Of a stretch of DNA of 64,000 nt, positions 36,900 through 45,852 are shown piece by piece (within the stretch, counting starts at the first letter, position 1; each line of letters begins with the position of its first letter). The DNA comes from Fidelibacterota bacterium (GTDB lineage Bacteria; Pseudomonadota; Alphaproteobacteria; Rhodospirillales; Rhodospirillaceae). The position numbers were made by a program, and so were the translations under genes. Location: positions 6,507-70,506 of the forward strand of contig CANJPG010000006.1 of assembly GCA_947476065.1 (NCBI GenBank), in the 5' to 3' direction. Under the pieces are notes generated by a model. It was not told where the DNA came from. It ran no database searches and saw only the letters and a list, made by a program, of their open reading frames with translations.

Positions 36900-37801
36900 C
36901 GTAGGCCCCCGCGGCGCACGGTCTTCAGCAGAAGGCGAGCGCCCGTGCGCAAAGGGCGTTTGCGTTCGGCTTCGGTCAGCTCGATCTTGACGCCTGAGTG
37001 GCGCTCGATCTTCCAGGTCGCATAATCAAGTCCGCCCTGGAACGTGAAGGCTGCTTTGATCAGCCGCAGCACATTTAAAGTCTTTCCCTGAATGCGCCGC
37101 AGACGCCAGGCCGTCGCCGCGCGCTGCAGGTCATCCGCTGTGCCCGGTTGATAGGGCGCCGCGCCAAGCGCCGCGCCCGTGATGGCCTCGTAGCGCGCGA
37201 GATCGGCGTCCACCAGTTCGATACACTTGGTTTCTTTTTCCGGCCGCAGTTCGGCCCGATAGGTTTCGGCGAAGGCCCTGACCCACAGATCGCGCGCGGT
37301 ATAGGCGCCGCTCATCAAGGGCTGCACATTCATCATCGTGGTGCGCACCGCACTGGCCAGGCCGTCGGTCAATCTGCGCCGGACTTCCGGGTTGCGGGCA
37401 TACACAATCGCCGCTGGCTGAGCGAAGCGCGCCCATAGGCTCGAGGCGAAGCTGTCAGGTCCGACGCCATGCACAAACTGTTCCACGGAAATCAACGCCA
37501 CCTTGGCGCGCAACTTGCGGCCCTCGAAATCCATCTCGTGATAGTAGACATTTGGCGGCAATAAGCGGGCGAAAGCCGCAGACGTAAAGCTGCGCAGCGC
37601 TTCGGCATAGCGGTCCACCAGTACATAGAAATCTAGCAGCAAGCCCATGTCGGTCTTCTGGCGCAGGCACGAGCCGTAGAAAATGACGCCCGCGCTGGAC
37701 CGACCGTAATGATCCACAAGATGCGCGGCGAAGGCTTTGGCGGCCGCAAAAGTGTCGCGGTCGGCTTCGGCGGTGATCAGGGTGTCCAGATGATTGCTCA
37801 T
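36896..37801 (-). CDS. uncharacterised 301-aa protein translationally coupled to the lipid kinase (possible nucleotidyltransferase-like N-terminus)
   Basis: An ATGA overlap with the upstream kinase gene lies at 37798-37801. The N-terminal VIFYGSCLRQKTDMGLLLDFYVLVD is reminiscent of nucleotidyltransferase-fold/Tam41-like proteins. That resemblance is weak and judged by eye. Confidence 0.55.
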   Translation of the reverse strand: MSNHLDTLITAEADRDTFAAAKAFAAHLVDHYGRSSAGVIFYGSCLRQKTDMGLLLDFYVLVDRYAEALRSFTSAAFARLLPPNVYYHEMDFEGRKLRAKVALISVEQFVHGVGPDSFASSLWARFAQPAAIVYARNPEVRRRLTDGLASAVRTTMMNVQPLMSGAYTARDLWVRAFAETYRAELRPEKETKCIELVDADLARYEAITGAALGAAPYQPGTADDLQRAATAWRLRRIQGKTLNVLRLIKAAFTFQGGLDYATWKIERHSGVKIELTEAERKRPLRTGARLLLKTVRRGGLR

Positions 37802-38778
37802 GCCGGAAGCCTGATGAAGTTCAGCCGATGATTGCCGTCGAGTTCCAGCGGCTGTTCGGAACTGGCCTCATACAACTCGCCGTCCAGCGTGTAGGCGCCG
37901 GTGAAACGCAGCGTGATGCGGTCCATGCGCCGCACGGTGCGCCCGGCTCCCGAGGTGATCCGACGGTGCATCAACGCCGGCAGCATGCCCGCAATCGGCC
38001 GCAGGCCCGCGCGCAGGCTGATGTAGTGCAAGGGCTCGGCCCCGTCATCGGATGCGGTCGCCGGCTGCAGGCCTAGCAAAAGCTCGTCCAAAGCCGTCAC
38101 CGCCACGGCGAAAAAATTGCCCTGCTCGACGACATCGCGGCCGTCGCTGATGTGCACCGCGCCACGGTCGCCGCGCGCCAGAAGCCCCCGCCACAGCAGC
38201 ACGCTCATAGCTGCCATGTGGCTGAGCGTATTGGGCAGCTTCAGCGGATAGATATGCCGGCGGCAAAAATGAATCCCGTCGACGATTTCCGCCGCGCCGA
38301 AAAATGCGCCGTACAGCGGCGGCATGGCCGCGTTCTGGCGCAGGGCCAGGACCGGGCGGTTGACGATGTGGCGGGCCAGCGTGCCGTCGCGCCGGCTTTG
38401 CAGCACGCGCGCGAGCGCGGCCTCAGGCGTGCCGGTCAGGCTCCAGCCCGCCGTGGTCATGTTGGTCTTGCCGGCCGGCAGCAGGGCCAGCGCCGGCAGC
38501 GCGCCATAGGCGCTGCTATTCAGCAGGGCGGCGAACACCAGATCGGCGGTACCATCGCCTCCGTTGACGGCGATGGTCTGGGCACCGAAGGCCGCACTTT
38601 GTCTGACGGCGTCCGCCACCTGATCGGCGCGGTCGATCTGCACGTGCACCACATTGACTTCAGCTGACAGCATGGGGTCGACCCAATTGTCCCCGCGCAG
38701 ATTACGGGTGCTTCCGCGGTTGGTGATGACGGCAAGGGGTGTCACGGGATGAGGTGTCGCGCTGTGGTTTGAGGTCAA
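37798..38778 (-). CDS. diacylglycerol/sphingosine-kinase-family lipid kinase (candidate ceramide kinase)
   Basis: The DAGK catalytic-domain signature is IAVNGGDGTADLVFAALL. The protein is about 326 aa with a TTG start. The ceramide specificity is inferred from the neighbourhood. Confidence 0.75.
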   Translation of the reverse strand: MTSNHSATPHPVTPLAVITNRGSTRNLRGDNWVDPMLSAEVNVVHVQIDRADQVADAVRQSAAFGAQTIAVNGGDGTADLVFAALLNSSAYGALPALALLPAGKTNMTTAGWSLTGTPEAALARVLQSRRDGTLARHIVNRPVLALRQNAAMPPLYGAFFGAAEIVDGIHFCRRHIYPLKLPNTLSHMAAMSVLLWRGLLARGDRGAVHISDGRDVVEQGNFFAVAVTALDELLLGLQPATASDDGAEPLHYISLRAGLRPIAGMLPALMHRRITSGAGRTVRRMDRITLRFTGAYTLDGELYEASSEQPLELDGNHRLNFIRLPA

Positions 38779-38950
38779 ATGCTGTGTGGCGCAGAGGTTT
38801 TAACAGCCTACGCTATATCCTTAACGTGTTGGGATGGTATGAAAAAGCCCCACTGGCTCCCCCGGACCGCCTCGCCTACACTCCCGAGTGTTAAGGCTGC
38901 TCGCGACGGGGGTGCGGGGGGCTCGCCCGACCCTTGCCGGCAGTGGATAT

Positions 38951-40210
38951 ATGATTAAAGCCATCGACCGCTACCTCCTGCGTCAAATCGTGCCGACGAT
39001 CGTGGTGATCCTGTTCATCGCCGCGGTCATCCTGTGCATGGAACGTCTGATGCGCCTTCTGGACATCGCGGTCGGCAACGGCGTCTCGACGCTGGTTGTC
39101 TTCCAGATGTTGTTCTATCTCATTCCTTATTACATCAGCCTGGCACTGCCCATGGCGCTGTTCCTGGGCGTGCTCTTGGCCTTCCGCAAGCTCTCGGCCC
39201 AGTCGGAGCTGGACGCCATCCACTCCTGCGGCATCGGTATGGGTCGATTTATCCGTTCGGCCCTGGTGCTGGCGGTCTTCATGATGGGCGTCAACCTGCT
39301 GCTCACCGGCTACATCCAGCCCTATACGCGCTATCTGTTTCGCGCGGTGATGTTCAACATCACCTCCGGCGTCATCGAGCAGGGCATCGGCGAGGGCGTG
39401 TTCATGAGCCTGCCCAACGGCTACACCCTGCGCGTCGAGCAATCGCGCGGCGGCGGACGCGAGCTGTACGGCGTCTTCGCCCACAAGCAGGAAGACGACG
39501 GCCATATCGTCACGCTCACCGCCAAGCGCGGCGAACTGCTGACCGGCGCCATGGAAGGTACGGTCTCCTTGCGCCTCTACGAAGGCAACCGCTCGGAGTG
39601 GGACCCGGCCACCAAGGCCCCCTCGACGCTGCAGTTCGACGTCTTCGACTGGCCGTTGAACCTGTCCGACCTCGTGCGTTTTCGCGGCCGCGGCGGCGAC
39701 GAGCGCGAGTTGACCCTGGTGGAGCTCATGCGCGGCTATCGCATCAATCTGCTGGCGGGCCGCCACGGCAATATCGCCGAGGTCAATCCAAAACCCGACA
39801 AACCGCCCGAAGAGGTTATAGCTCCCTCCGCCGTGGCATCGGAGTTTCACTTCCGCCTGGTGTTCTCGCTGTCGATGCTGCTGCTGCCGATCCTGGCCGC
39901 GCCCCTTGGAATCATGACCAACCGCGCCAGCCGCTCCTTCGGGCTGATCTTCGGGCTCTTGATCCTAGTCAGTTATCACAAAGTCCTGGAATTCACCGGC
40001 GCCTACGCGGCCACCACCGGTGCGCCGGCGGGTCCCTTGCTGTGGACCGTCTTCGCCATCTTCACGGTTGCCACGTTCTATTTATTCTACCGCACGGAAA
40101 GCAAAGCCGGGACGCCGCCGGTCCTGTTGATGGAAGCGCGATGGATCGCCTTCACCGATCGTATCGTCGCGGTATTCCGCCCCAACCGTGCCGCGCCCGG
40201 CACAAGATGA
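38951..40210 (+). CDS. lptF: LPS export ABC transporter permease LptF
   Basis: The internal start MIKAIDRYLLRQIVPTIVVILF is a typical LptF/G N-terminus. It is a six-TM YjgP/YjgQ-type protein followed by lptG. Confidence 0.85.
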   Translation: MIKAIDRYLLRQIVPTIVVILFIAAVILCMERLMRLLDIAVGNGVSTLVVFQMLFYLIPYYISLALPMALFLGVLLAFRKLSAQSELDAIHSCGIGMGRFIRSALVLAVFMMGVNLLLTGYIQPYTRYLFRAVMFNITSGVIEQGIGEGVFMSLPNGYTLRVEQSRGGGRELYGVFAHKQEDDGHIVTLTAKRGELLTGAMEGTVSLRLYEGNRSEWDPATKAPSTLQFDVFDWPLNLSDLVRFRGRGGDERELTLVELMRGYRINLLAGRHGNIAEVNPKPDKPPEEVIAPSAVASEFHFRLVFSLSMLLLPILAAPLGIMTNRASRSFGLIFGLLILVSYHKVLEFTGAYAATTGAPAGPLLWTVFAIFTVATFYLFYRTESKAGTPPVLLMEARWIAFTDRIVAVFRPNRAAPGTR

Positions 40211-40220
40211 GCCTTTCCAT

Positions 40221-41297
40221 ATGATTTTGTCGCGTTATCTCATGCGCGCCTTCCTCGGGCGCTTTGTCATGCTGCTGTTGGGGCTGGTGGTCTTCCTGCA
40301 GACCTTGGACCTTTTGGCCACCGCCAACGAAGTTCTTGAAGGCGGCGGCGATCCGCTGCCCTCGCTGGCCCGCTATGTCGCGCTGCGTTTGCCGGGTCTG
40401 GTGGAAACGGTCGCGCCCTTGGCGGCCCTTCTCGGTGCGCTCACCGCCATGGTCGGCATGGCCACCAACAGCGAGATCCTGGCCATGCGCGCGGCCGGCC
40501 GTTCGGTCTTGAGCCTCGTCGGCGGACTGGTCAGCGTCGGCCTCGTGCTGTCGGCGATGCTGTTCACCTTCTCCGAATTCGTCGTCGTGCCGGCCAACGC
40601 CGATCTCCAGGAGTGGCGCGACGCCGACTTCAAGACCGGCGAAGGCGCCATCGCTAGCGGCGAGAACAGCTGGATCCGCGAAGGAACCACCATCATCCGC
40701 GTCGGCCACGTCATGCGCGACGGCACGGTGCTCAACGACGTGCGCCTGTTCAAACAGGACGAGAACGGCAATATCAACGACATCGTCGGCATCCGGCTGG
40801 CGATCTGGGAGAACGAGCACTGGTCCACTTTTGAAGTCGCCCGTATCGCCGGCAATGACGACAGCGCGTCGCCGCCGGCCTGGGAAACCCAGCTGAAGCC
40901 CGAGCACTTTGCCCGCTTCGGCGCCAACCACCCCAACGAGCTGTCCTTGAACGCCCTGCAACAATATATCGGCAACGTGGCAATTGGCTCGCGGCCCGGG
41001 TACTTCTACGACACCTGGCTGCAACAGAAGATTGCGGGCCCCATCGTGCTGGCTCTGATGCCCTTGTTGGCCGCCATCGCCGCCTTCGCCCACCACCGGC
41101 AAGGTAGCTCGGTGGTCACAATTGTCTGGGGCGTGACGGCCGGTTTTGCCTTTGTCGTCATCGACAATATCGTGCTCGCCATGGGCCAGTTCGGCTCCCT
41201 GCCGCCCTTGCTCGCGGCCTGGCTGCCCATAGCCCTCTTCGGGACCCTGGGATTGTGGCTAATCTTCAACCTTGAACATACTGGCGCCCGCACCTGA
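40221..41297 (+). CDS. lptG: LPS export ABC transporter permease LptG
   Basis: The internal start is MILSRYLMRAFLGRFVMLLLGL. It has the YjgP/YjgQ layout with a periplasmic beta-jellyroll insert. Confidence 0.85.
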   Translation: MILSRYLMRAFLGRFVMLLLGLVVFLQTLDLLATANEVLEGGGDPLPSLARYVALRLPGLVETVAPLAALLGALTAMVGMATNSEILAMRAAGRSVLSLVGGLVSVGLVLSAMLFTFSEFVVVPANADLQEWRDADFKTGEGAIASGENSWIREGTTIIRVGHVMRDGTVLNDVRLFKQDENGNINDIVGIRLAIWENEHWSTFEVARIAGNDDSASPPAWETQLKPEHFARFGANHPNELSLNALQQYIGNVAIGSRPGYFYDTWLQQKIAGPIVLALMPLLAAIAAFAHHRQGSSVVTIVWGVTAGFAFVVIDNIVLAMGQFGSLPPLLAAWLPIALFGTLGLWLIFNLEHTGART

Positions 41298-41351
41298 GCG
41301 GGCTTATATACCTGCAGCGGCAGGCCTTTGTGGCCTTAAGGCGGGGCAGCG

Positions 41352-42164
41352 GTGGCTTTTAAACTCGGATTCTGGAGCGACAAGGAATACCACCTCGACC
41401 GCATGGATCTGCGCGGTCTGACGGCGGCTTATTTCCAATATTACGCCATTGCCGCCTATATCGTCGTGGCGCTCGCGGCGGGCGCTTTCGCCCTGTGGGG
41501 TGTGCTGAGCGGCGACGCCCGTTTGCTGCCCGTGCTCCTGGCCATGCTCGCCACGTTTTTCATCTACCCCGTCGTCTGGTACCTGCTGCACCGAAACATC
41601 CTGCACAGCAAATGGATGTGGAAATCGCCGCTGACCGCCGGCACCTGGAAGCGCATCCATTACGACCACCACAGTGACCCCAACAATCTGAAAGTTTTGT
41701 TCGGCGCGCTCTACACCACGCTGCCGACGGTCGCCTTGGCCAGCATGCCAGTGGGCTACCTGCTCGCCGGCTGGGTCGGCGCCATGGCGGCGCTGGCGAC
41801 GGGTGTCGTGCAGACCTGCATATATGAATACTTCCACTGCATCCAACACCTTGGCTACGCGCCGAAGTGGGCCTGGGTGCGCGAGATCAAGCGCTTCCAC
41901 ATGTCGCACCACTTCCACAACGAGAACGGCAACTACGGCATCACCAATCTGTGGTGGGACAAGGTGCTGGGCACATTCTACGACGGCGCCGCCGCGAGGC
42001 CGCGTTCAGCCACCGTGTTCAACCTCGGCTACGACGAGGAGGTAGCGAAAAGCTATCCTTACGTCGCGCGCATGACGCCCAATTGGCCCTACAACACCAA
42101 TCCGATTCATCGCCGCCGCGAGGAAGCCGCCAAGGCCGAAGCCTCCGCCGGCGCCCACGGCTAG
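41352..42164 (+). CDS. fatty-acid hydroxylase / sterol-desaturase superfamily membrane di-iron enzyme
   Basis: The histidine boxes are HRNILH, HYDHH and HMSHHFH, with several TM segments. Confidence 0.75.
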   Translation: MAFKLGFWSDKEYHLDRMDLRGLTAAYFQYYAIAAYIVVALAAGAFALWGVLSGDARLLPVLLAMLATFFIYPVVWYLLHRNILHSKWMWKSPLTAGTWKRIHYDHHSDPNNLKVLFGALYTTLPTVALASMPVGYLLAGWVGAMAALATGVVQTCIYEYFHCIQHLGYAPKWAWVREIKRFHMSHHFHNENGNYGITNLWWDKVLGTFYDGAAARPRSATVFNLGYDEEVAKSYPYVARMTPNWPYNTNPIHRRREEAAKAEASAGAHG

Positions 42165-42171
42165 CCCCGGC

Positions 42172-43323
42172 ATGAACGCAAGCCCGGTCACGATCCGCCG
42201 TGTCGGCACGGACGCCAGTCTCGCGCAGTTCATGGCGGTACCCCATGTCACTCAAGGCCACGACCCCTATTGGGTGGCGCCGCTGTCGCTGCTCGAGGCC
42301 CCGCGCCTCAATCCCAAAAAGAACCCGTGGTTCAAACACGGCGAGGCCATGCTTTTTGTCGCCGAGCGCGACGGACAAGGTGTGGGCCGCATCTCGGCGC
42401 AGATCGATCAAAGCCACCTGAAACTTTACAACGACAGCACCGGCTTCTTCGGCTTCTTTGAATCCATCGACGACCAGGCTGTAGCCGAAGCGCTGTTCAA
42501 CGCGGCGGCCGCCTGGCTCCGCGAGAAGGGTATGACCCGCTGCGTCGGCCCCTTCAGCTTCAACGTCAACGACGAGTCCGGCCTGCTCATCGACGGCTTC
42601 AACTGTCCGCCGCGCATGATGATGGGCCACGCCCAACCTCATTACGGCACACTCGTGGAGAAGGCCGGCTTCACCAAAGTCGTTGATATGCGCGCCTACC
42701 TCACGCCCATGGATACGGCGCTGCCCTTCAAGCAGATCAAATGGCTGAAGCGGGCTTTGGACCGCAATGCCAACCTGGCCGTGCGGCCCATCGACATGAG
42801 CCGTTACGATGAGGAGATGAAGGCCATCGGCCGCATCTTCCGCGCCGCCTGGCTCGAGAACTGGGGTTCGATCCCCATGACCGATGACGAGATTGCCCAC
42901 ATGGCCGCCGAGATGAAGCTCATCATCGTGCCCGAACTGGTCTCCATCGCCACCATCGACAACGTACCCGTGGCCATGTGCGTGGCGCTTCCCGATCTCA
43001 ACGAAATGACCCGCGATCTGCGCGGCAAGCTGTTTCCCTTCGGCTGGGCCAAGCTGATCTGGCGTTTGCTCACGCGCCGCTCCTTCGTCTCGGGCACGCG
43101 CGTGCCGCTGATGGGCGTCATGCCCGACTACAAGAACAAGCCCATGGGCTCGATGCTGGCGCTGCTGACGGTGGGCGCCATGCGCGACGCCTCACTCAAG
43201 ATGGGCATGCCGGTCTGCGAGATGAGCTGGGTGCTCGAGACCAATACCCAGACCTGCCACTCGATTGAGGATATCGGCGGGCGGGTCTACAAGACCTACC
43301 GCATGTATGAAAAGGCGCTGTAG
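42172..43323 (+). CDS. large (383 aa) GNAT-like acyltransferase-family protein (candidate bacterial ceramide synthase)
   Basis: The ORF begins 8 nt after the hydroxylase stop. The C-terminal half resembles a GNAT fold by eye. The functional call is context-based only. Confidence 0.5.
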   Translation: MNASPVTIRRVGTDASLAQFMAVPHVTQGHDPYWVAPLSLLEAPRLNPKKNPWFKHGEAMLFVAERDGQGVGRISAQIDQSHLKLYNDSTGFFGFFESIDDQAVAEALFNAAAAWLREKGMTRCVGPFSFNVNDESGLLIDGFNCPPRMMMGHAQPHYGTLVEKAGFTKVVDMRAYLTPMDTALPFKQIKWLKRALDRNANLAVRPIDMSRYDEEMKAIGRIFRAAWLENWGSIPMTDDEIAHMAAEMKLIIVPELVSIATIDNVPVAMCVALPDLNEMTRDLRGKLFPFGWAKLIWRLLTRRSFVSGTRVPLMGVMPDYKNKPMGSMLALLTVGAMRDASLKMGMPVCEMSWVLETNTQTCHSIEDIGGRVYKTYRMYEKAL

Positions 43324-43572
43324 ATGCTAGCCGCGTTTTTCCGGCTGTTTGTGTTTGTCGTCGTACTGGCCGCATTGGGCCTTCTGTTCTTCTACGCCTT
43401 CATCGCCGCCTTGATCATCACGCCAATCTTGTTCGTGCTGTTCTGGCTGTTCGGCCGCAAGCCGGTGGTGCAGTGGGTGGTGCGCACCGGTCCCCGGGCC
43501 GGCGCGGGCCAGGGACCGATCATCGACCACGATCCCAATGCCTTCCCGCCCCGGGATCAGGACCCCGCCTAG
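43324..43572 (+). CDS. 82-aa two-TM membrane protein
   Basis: Its start directly abuts the preceding stop (TAGATG). It has a strongly hydrophobic N-terminal 45 aa and a Pro/Gly-rich tail. Confidence 0.45.
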   Translation: MLAAFFRLFVFVVVLAALGLLFFYAFIAALIITPILFVLFWLFGRKPVVQWVVRTGPRAGAGQGPIIDHDPNAFPPRDQDPA

Positions 43573-44522
43573 GCCGCGTGCGGCATTTCGTCGCAGCAGC
43601 GCTCGACTTCCACGGTGACGTGGCTCAGCGACGAAATCCGACTCAACAGTTTCTTGTAGTGGGCCGGCGTGCGCGGGGCATGCGTGACTACGGTCAGGAT
43701 CGCGGCCAGATGGCCCGGACCCACGCGCCAGACATGCAGGTCGGCGATGCGGTTGTCGGCTTCGGCCTCGATCGCTTTGCGCACGGCGACGGTGATGTCG
43801 CCCGACGGCGTGGCATCCAGCAAGATGCGGCCCGCCGCGCCCATCAGCCCGATGGCCCATCGGGCGATAATCGCCGCGCCGACGATGCCGATGGCGGCGT
43901 CAAGCCAACTGAGTCCCCAGAACATGCCGGCGCCCAGCGCCGCGATCGCCAGCACCGAGGTCAACGCGTCGGTTAGCACATGTACATAAGCCGCGCGGAT
44001 ATTGTGGTCGTGATGATGGCCATGGTCGTGCCCATGATCGTGAGTGTGTTCGTGATGGGCGTGCGGCTCCTCTTTCAAGATAACCGCGCTGACCAGATTG
44101 ACGCCTAGACCCAGCACGGCAACCGCCATGGCTTCGCTATAGGCAATGGATACAGGATTGATCAGCCGCTGCACGGATTCAAAAGCCATCATGCCGGCGA
44201 TGACCAGCAGCAGGAGCGCGCTCGAGAATGCGGCGAGGTCGCCGACCTTCCCGGTACCGAAGGTATAAACATCGTTCTCCGCATGGCGGCGCGCGTAAGA
44301 ATAAGCGAAAACGGCGATGCCCAAGGCTGCGGCATGGCTGCCCATGTGCCAGCCGTCGGCCAACAGAGCCATGGAGCCGAACATGCTGCCGGCGATGATT
44401 TCGGCAACCATCATGACCAAGGTCAGAATCAGCACCACCATCGACCGCCGCGCGTTGGCGCCGTGCCGCTCGGCCAGGAATTGATGACGCTTTCGCCACG
44501 GGGCGAGGGAGTCGCTGTGCAT
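43569..44522 (-). CDS. cation diffusion facilitator metal exporter (CzcD/DmeF-like) with His-rich loop
   Basis: The CDF motifs are ALLADGWHMGSHA and HVLTDALTSV. The loop is HAHHEHTHDHGHDHGHHHDH. Confidence 0.85.
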   Translation of the reverse strand: MHSDSLAPWRKRHQFLAERHGANARRSMVVLILTLVMMVAEIIAGSMFGSMALLADGWHMGSHAAALGIAVFAYSYARRHAENDVYTFGTGKVGDLAAFSSALLLLVIAGMMAFESVQRLINPVSIAYSEAMAVAVLGLGVNLVSAVILKEEPHAHHEHTHDHGHDHGHHHDHNIRAAYVHVLTDALTSVLAIAALGAGMFWGLSWLDAAIGIVGAAIIARWAIGLMGAAGRILLDATPSGDITVAVRKAIEAEADNRIADLHVWRVGPGHLAAILTVVTHAPRTPAHYKKLLSRISSLSHVTVEVERCCDEMPHAA

Positions 44523-44634
44523 TACGGCCTCTCTGTTACAGACGCCAGTTTACCAAGCGGCACGCGCCTGTTCTATAGCCGCCCGCTGATCTATGCTTAA
44601 CTGCTCTATGCTTAAGGCCAAGCTGAAGGAGACG

Positions 44635-45348
44635 ATGCAAATGCGCGCCCTGCTCAAGACCCTGTTTGCCGTTGCCGTTATCGCCAGCGCCCCAGTGGCG
44701 GCGCAGGAGGGCTACGCAAACACCGGCATGTCCTTGGACGGCATTGGAAAATCCTACATGGGTCGCGAGATTGCGGCCGTCATGGGCTTCCAAGGCGCCG
44801 AGTGGCTCGACCGCGCCGACCGCGCGAAGGAAGAAGGCACCGATAAGCTGCTGCCGCTGCTCGGGCTGATGCCGACCGACGTCGTCGCGGATATCGGCGC
44901 CGGCACGGGCTACTTTAGCTTCCGTATCAGTCCGCTAGTGCCCCAGGGCAAAGTCTTCGCCGTCGATATTCAAAAAGAAATGCTCGAAATCATCGACGCC
45001 CGCAAAACCAAAAGCCACATCACCAATGTCGTCACCGTCCAAAGCAGCATCGCCGATCCACTGTTGCCGGCCAATAGCGTCGATCTGATGCTGCTGGTGG
45101 ATGTCTATCACGAGTTCTCGCTGCCGCGGGAAATGGGCCAGGCCATGGTGCGGGCCCTGAAGCCGGGCGGGCGCATCGCGCTGGTGGAATACCGCGCCGA
45201 AGATACTGATGTCCCCATCAAGACCGTTCATAAAATGACCGAAGCGCAGGCGCGCAAGGAAATGGCCGCCGTTGGTCTGACCTGGGTCAGCACCGACAGC
45301 AAATCCCTGCCGCGGCAGCACCTGATGATCTTCAGAAAAGCCCCATAG
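44635..45348 (+). CDS. class I SAM-dependent methyltransferase with an N-terminal signal peptide
   Basis: AAGGAG precedes the ATG at 44635. The signal-like N-terminus is MQMRALLKTLFAVAVIASAPVAAQ. SAM motif I is VADIGAGTGYFS and the post-I acidic residue lies in VFAVDIQ. Confidence 0.75.
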   Translation: MQMRALLKTLFAVAVIASAPVAAQEGYANTGMSLDGIGKSYMGREIAAVMGFQGAEWLDRADRAKEEGTDKLLPLLGLMPTDVVADIGAGTGYFSFRISPLVPQGKVFAVDIQKEMLEIIDARKTKSHITNVVTVQSSIADPLLPANSVDLMLLVDVYHEFSLPREMGQAMVRALKPGGRIALVEYRAEDTDVPIKTVHKMTEAQARKEMAAVGLTWVSTDSKSLPRQHLMIFRKAP

Positions 45349-45367
45349 TGTTGACGCTTCGGGCTCT

Positions 45368-45625
45368 TCACGCTTCCGGCTGGGGAAACCCCGGATCGGC
45401 CGGCGGCGAGGGCTGATAAGGCTGGATTTCAGGCTCGGGTCCCTGCGGGGCCGGGATTTCATTGGGCAAGGGCGGTTTGATTTCCGGCGCGGGCTCGTCA
45501 CCCGGCTCGTGACCGCCACCTTGGGTCTCGAGCCGTGGGGCATTGCTGCCCGTTCCACCAAGTTCGCCGCCTAAATCACCGCCGTGATCGGCCGTCTCGC
45601 GCTGGATTGGGTCGCTCATATCCAT
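45368..45625 (-). CDS. 85-aa acidic Gly/Pro-rich protein
   Basis: GGAG precedes the ATG at 45625 (MDMSDPIQRE..). The sequence is low-complexity and coding status is uncertain. Confidence 0.35.
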   Translation of the reverse strand: MDMSDPIQRETADHGGDLGGELGGTGSNAPRLETQGGGHEPGDEPAPEIKPPLPNEIPAPQGPEPEIQPYQPSPPADPGFPQPEA

Positions 45626-45852
45626 CTCCTCGCCTTTAGATGGAACCAGGGCCCGAAACCGCCCATCGGAAAAACACCACCGACAACCCTTATAACGCAG
45701 CGCGTTCAGCAAAGTTCTGTGCTGCCCGCAGTTTGAATCCACGGCGTTTTTGGGAACATCACCGGGTATGGGGCATTACATCTGCAATCATGTGCCACCG
45801 CGCAGCTCTGGCGACGCGCAATCAAATTTGAAAGGAGGCACACATTAAAACC

